From the NCBI GenBank assembly GCA_965226495.1, contig OZ245365.1, positions 736,001 through 800,000 of the forward strand: a DNA stretch of 64,000 nucleotides, given 5' to 3'. The notes beneath the pieces were generated by a model. The model had not been told where the DNA came from and ran no database searches. It was given only the letters and a program-made list of their open reading frames with translations. The position numbers and the translations under genes were made by a program. Below are positions 62,269-64,000 of this stretch, in pieces. The stretch comes from Candidatus Marinacidobacterales bacterium. GTDB taxonomy: Bacteria > Acidobacteriota > Vicinamibacteria > Marinacidobacterales > DATDRI01. Every line of letters begins with the position of its first letter. The first letter of the stretch is position 1.

Positions 62269-63377
62269 CCGACAGGCGTTCCACAAGAAGCGCAGAACTT
62301 CGCGCCCCCGGTCAGGGCCGCCTTGCACTTGCTGCAACTCGCGCCTTGGGTTGCGCCGCAGTTGGAACAGAACTTGGCGTCTGCGGCGACTAGGCTTTGG
62401 CACTTGCCACAGGTTTGACCCTGCGGTGCGCCGCAGTGGCTGCAGAAGCCGGATCCCGCTGCGATCGCCTTCGAGCACTTGACGCAGGTCGATGTCGCCG
62501 CCGGCGTGGAAGACGTTTGAGCTCCGCCCATTGCTCCCATCATGGATTGCCCCATGGCGACACCGGCGCCGATCCCGACACCCGCTCCGGCAACGCCTCC
62601 GGGGTTATCGGCCGCCGACTCGATGGCTTTGGCGGTTTGGAACTGGGTGAAGCGGCCCATGTCTCCGACAACGCCCATGCTGGCGCGCTTGTCGAGCATC
62701 TCCTCGACTTCGGCGGGGAACGAGATGTTTTCCACGTAGAACTTGGCGAGCTCCAGACCGTGGCTCCTGAACTCGTGTGCGAGCTTGGCCTTGGCCTCGC
62801 TCGAGAGCTCGTCATACTTTGACGCCAGGTCGAACGCCGGGATCTTGGACTCCGCCAAAAGATCGCTGAATCCAGAGATGGTCAAGCGTTTTAACTGACC
62901 GTTGATCTCATCGGTCGTGAAGTGCCCATCCGTCCCCACGATCTCTCTCATGAACAGGGCGGGGTCGTTCACCTTGAACGAGAAGATTCCGAAGGCGCGC
63001 AACCGAATGGCACCTAGCTCCGGGTCACGAAGCATGACCGGATTCGAAGTGCCCCACTTCTGATCGGTGAACTGTCGGGTCGACACGAAGTAGACTTCTG
63101 CCTTGAACGGGGAATTGAAGCCGTGCTTCCACGCCCTGAGCTTGGTGAGAATTGGCATGTTGCGAGTCGATAGTTTGTGACGCCCCGGCGCGAAGACGTC
63201 GGCGATCTTTCCCTCGTTGACGAAGATCGCGGACTGTCCTTCCCGTACCGTCAGTTGGGCCCCCATCTTGATCTCCTGACCTTGGACAGGGAACCGGGAG
63301 ACCATCGTGTCGCCCGAACCGTCGAGCCATTCTATGACCTCGATGAATTGAGACTTCATGAAGTCCTTTAACGCCAC
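62265..63377 (-). CDS. SPFH (band 7-like, YdjI-type) protein with C-terminal zinc ribbons
   Basis: IEVIEW, QLTVREGQ, SPFKAEVYF, KWGT, a Gly-rich linker and six CxxC motifs. Confidence 0.88.
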   Translation of the reverse strand: MALKDFMKSQFIEVIEWLDGSGDTMVSRFPVQGQEIKMGAQLTVREGQSAIFVNEGKIADVFAPGRHKLSTRNMPILTKLRAWKHGFNSPFKAEVYFVSTRQFTDQKWGTSNPVMLRDPELGAIRLRAFGIFSFKVNDPALFMREIVGTDGHFTTDEINGQLKRLTISGFSDLLAESKIPAFDLASKYDELSSEAKAKLAHEFRSHGLELAKFYVENISFPAEVEEMLDKRASMGVVGDMGRFTQFQTAKAIESAADNPGGVAGAGVGIGAGVAMGQSMMGAMGGAQTSSTPAATSTCVKCSKAIAAGSGFCSHCGAPQGQTCGKCQSLVAADAKFCSNCGATQGASCSKCKAALTGGAKFCASCGTPVG

Positions 63378-63453
63378 GGGGACCTCCTTTCGGGACTATC
63401 TGTGTGAAGCGGGATTAATAAAGGATATCACATCGAGCGCGCGCGTCGCTAAT

Positions 63454-63540
63454 GATGGACTCTTCGACCGTTAATCCCTCTCCCTTTGGGAGAGGGCCTG
63501 GGTGAGGGTCGATGGACTCTTCATCCTTTAATCCCTCTCC
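63454..63540. repeat. REP-like element CCCTCTCCCTTTGGGAGAGGGCCTGGGTGAGGG with an approximately 30-bp direct duplication
   Basis: Hairpin at 63476-63496; GATGGACTCTTC..TTAATCCCTCTCC at 63454 and 63511. Confidence 0.75.
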
Positions 63541-63542
63541 TT

Positions 63543-64000
63543 CTACCAACGGGATGCAATGGTGATCAGGTCGGAAAGGAGTGCATAGGCGGTTTGCTCG
63601 ACGCCGGGGTCCTTTTCGACCAACATCAGTTCCTTCATGGTATCGGTCTCGATTGCGAGGACGTTGGTGGTTCCGACGGCGGTGGACATCGGATCGCTTC
63701 GCTCGAGTAGCTCCGGGGCAACCCGGGCCGTCACTTTCCGACCCGTGCCTCGACCCCTGCCTATGAGCCGCAGTGCCTTCCCCTGACGGAGGGCTCGCTG
63801 GACGTCCTGAGGGCGAACCGCATCGATGCCCATCCGACTTACCTCCACCGGACGGATGTTGGCACCCAGCAGAACGTTCGCCAGGACCGCCGTTTTGGTC
63901 GCGGTGTCCCATCCTTCGATATCGTGGCTCGTATCGGCCTCCGCTACTCCCATTGCGCGGGCCTTTTCGAGCGCACCGTCTCGGCTCTTGCCCTTCTCCA
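63543..64000 (-). CDS. hom: Homoserine dehydrogenase, C-terminal part (5' end outside the window)
   Basis: GVAEADTSHDIEGWDTATK..LAN and PGVEQTAYALLSDL. Confidence 0.85.
   Translation of the reverse strand, partial: EKGKSRDGALEKARAMGVAEADTSHDIEGWDTATKTAVLANVLLGANIRPVEVSRMGIDAVRPQDVQRALRQGKALRLIGRGRGTGRKVTARVAPELLERSDPMSTAVGTTNVLAIETDTMKELMLVEKDPGVEQTAYALLSDLITIASRW

Overview
GC-rich (about 60%) bacterial chromosomal segment. An Acidobacteriota-like origin is suspected from the gene content but is an inference only. About 1-52.6 kb is a very large cell-surface glycan synthesis and decoration locus. It holds three polyprenyl-phosphate-type GT2s (one with a DUF2304 partner, two beside an FAD/NAD oxidoreductase pair), six GT4s, a Wzx-type flippase and six multi-TM GT-C-like proteins, with a seventh at 56.5 kb. 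It also has three SAM methyltransferases, a sulfotransferase, SGNH and GSCFA proteins, a GMC oxidoreductase with a Tat-signal partner, a Rieske-less CMP-Neu5Ac-hydroxylase-like MBL protein followed by an unannotated NeuA-like remnant, a large FN3/discoidin surface protein, and five paralogous sulfatase-fold lipoproteins that carry Thr (TLP[T/S]H) instead of the Cys/Ser formylglycine motif. From about 52.6 kb onward the genes are mostly housekeeping: 3-hydroxyacyl-CoA dehydrogenase, MFS, Zn-dehydrogenase, SDR, CoA-transferase A/B, citrate synthase, META, SPFH-DZR and homoserine dehydrogenase. Two small REP-like repeat families, short local duplications and several frameshifts (real decay or assembly error) are present. 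No rRNA, tRNA, CRISPR array or transposase was recognised. All family assignments come from motif recognition by eye, not from database searches.
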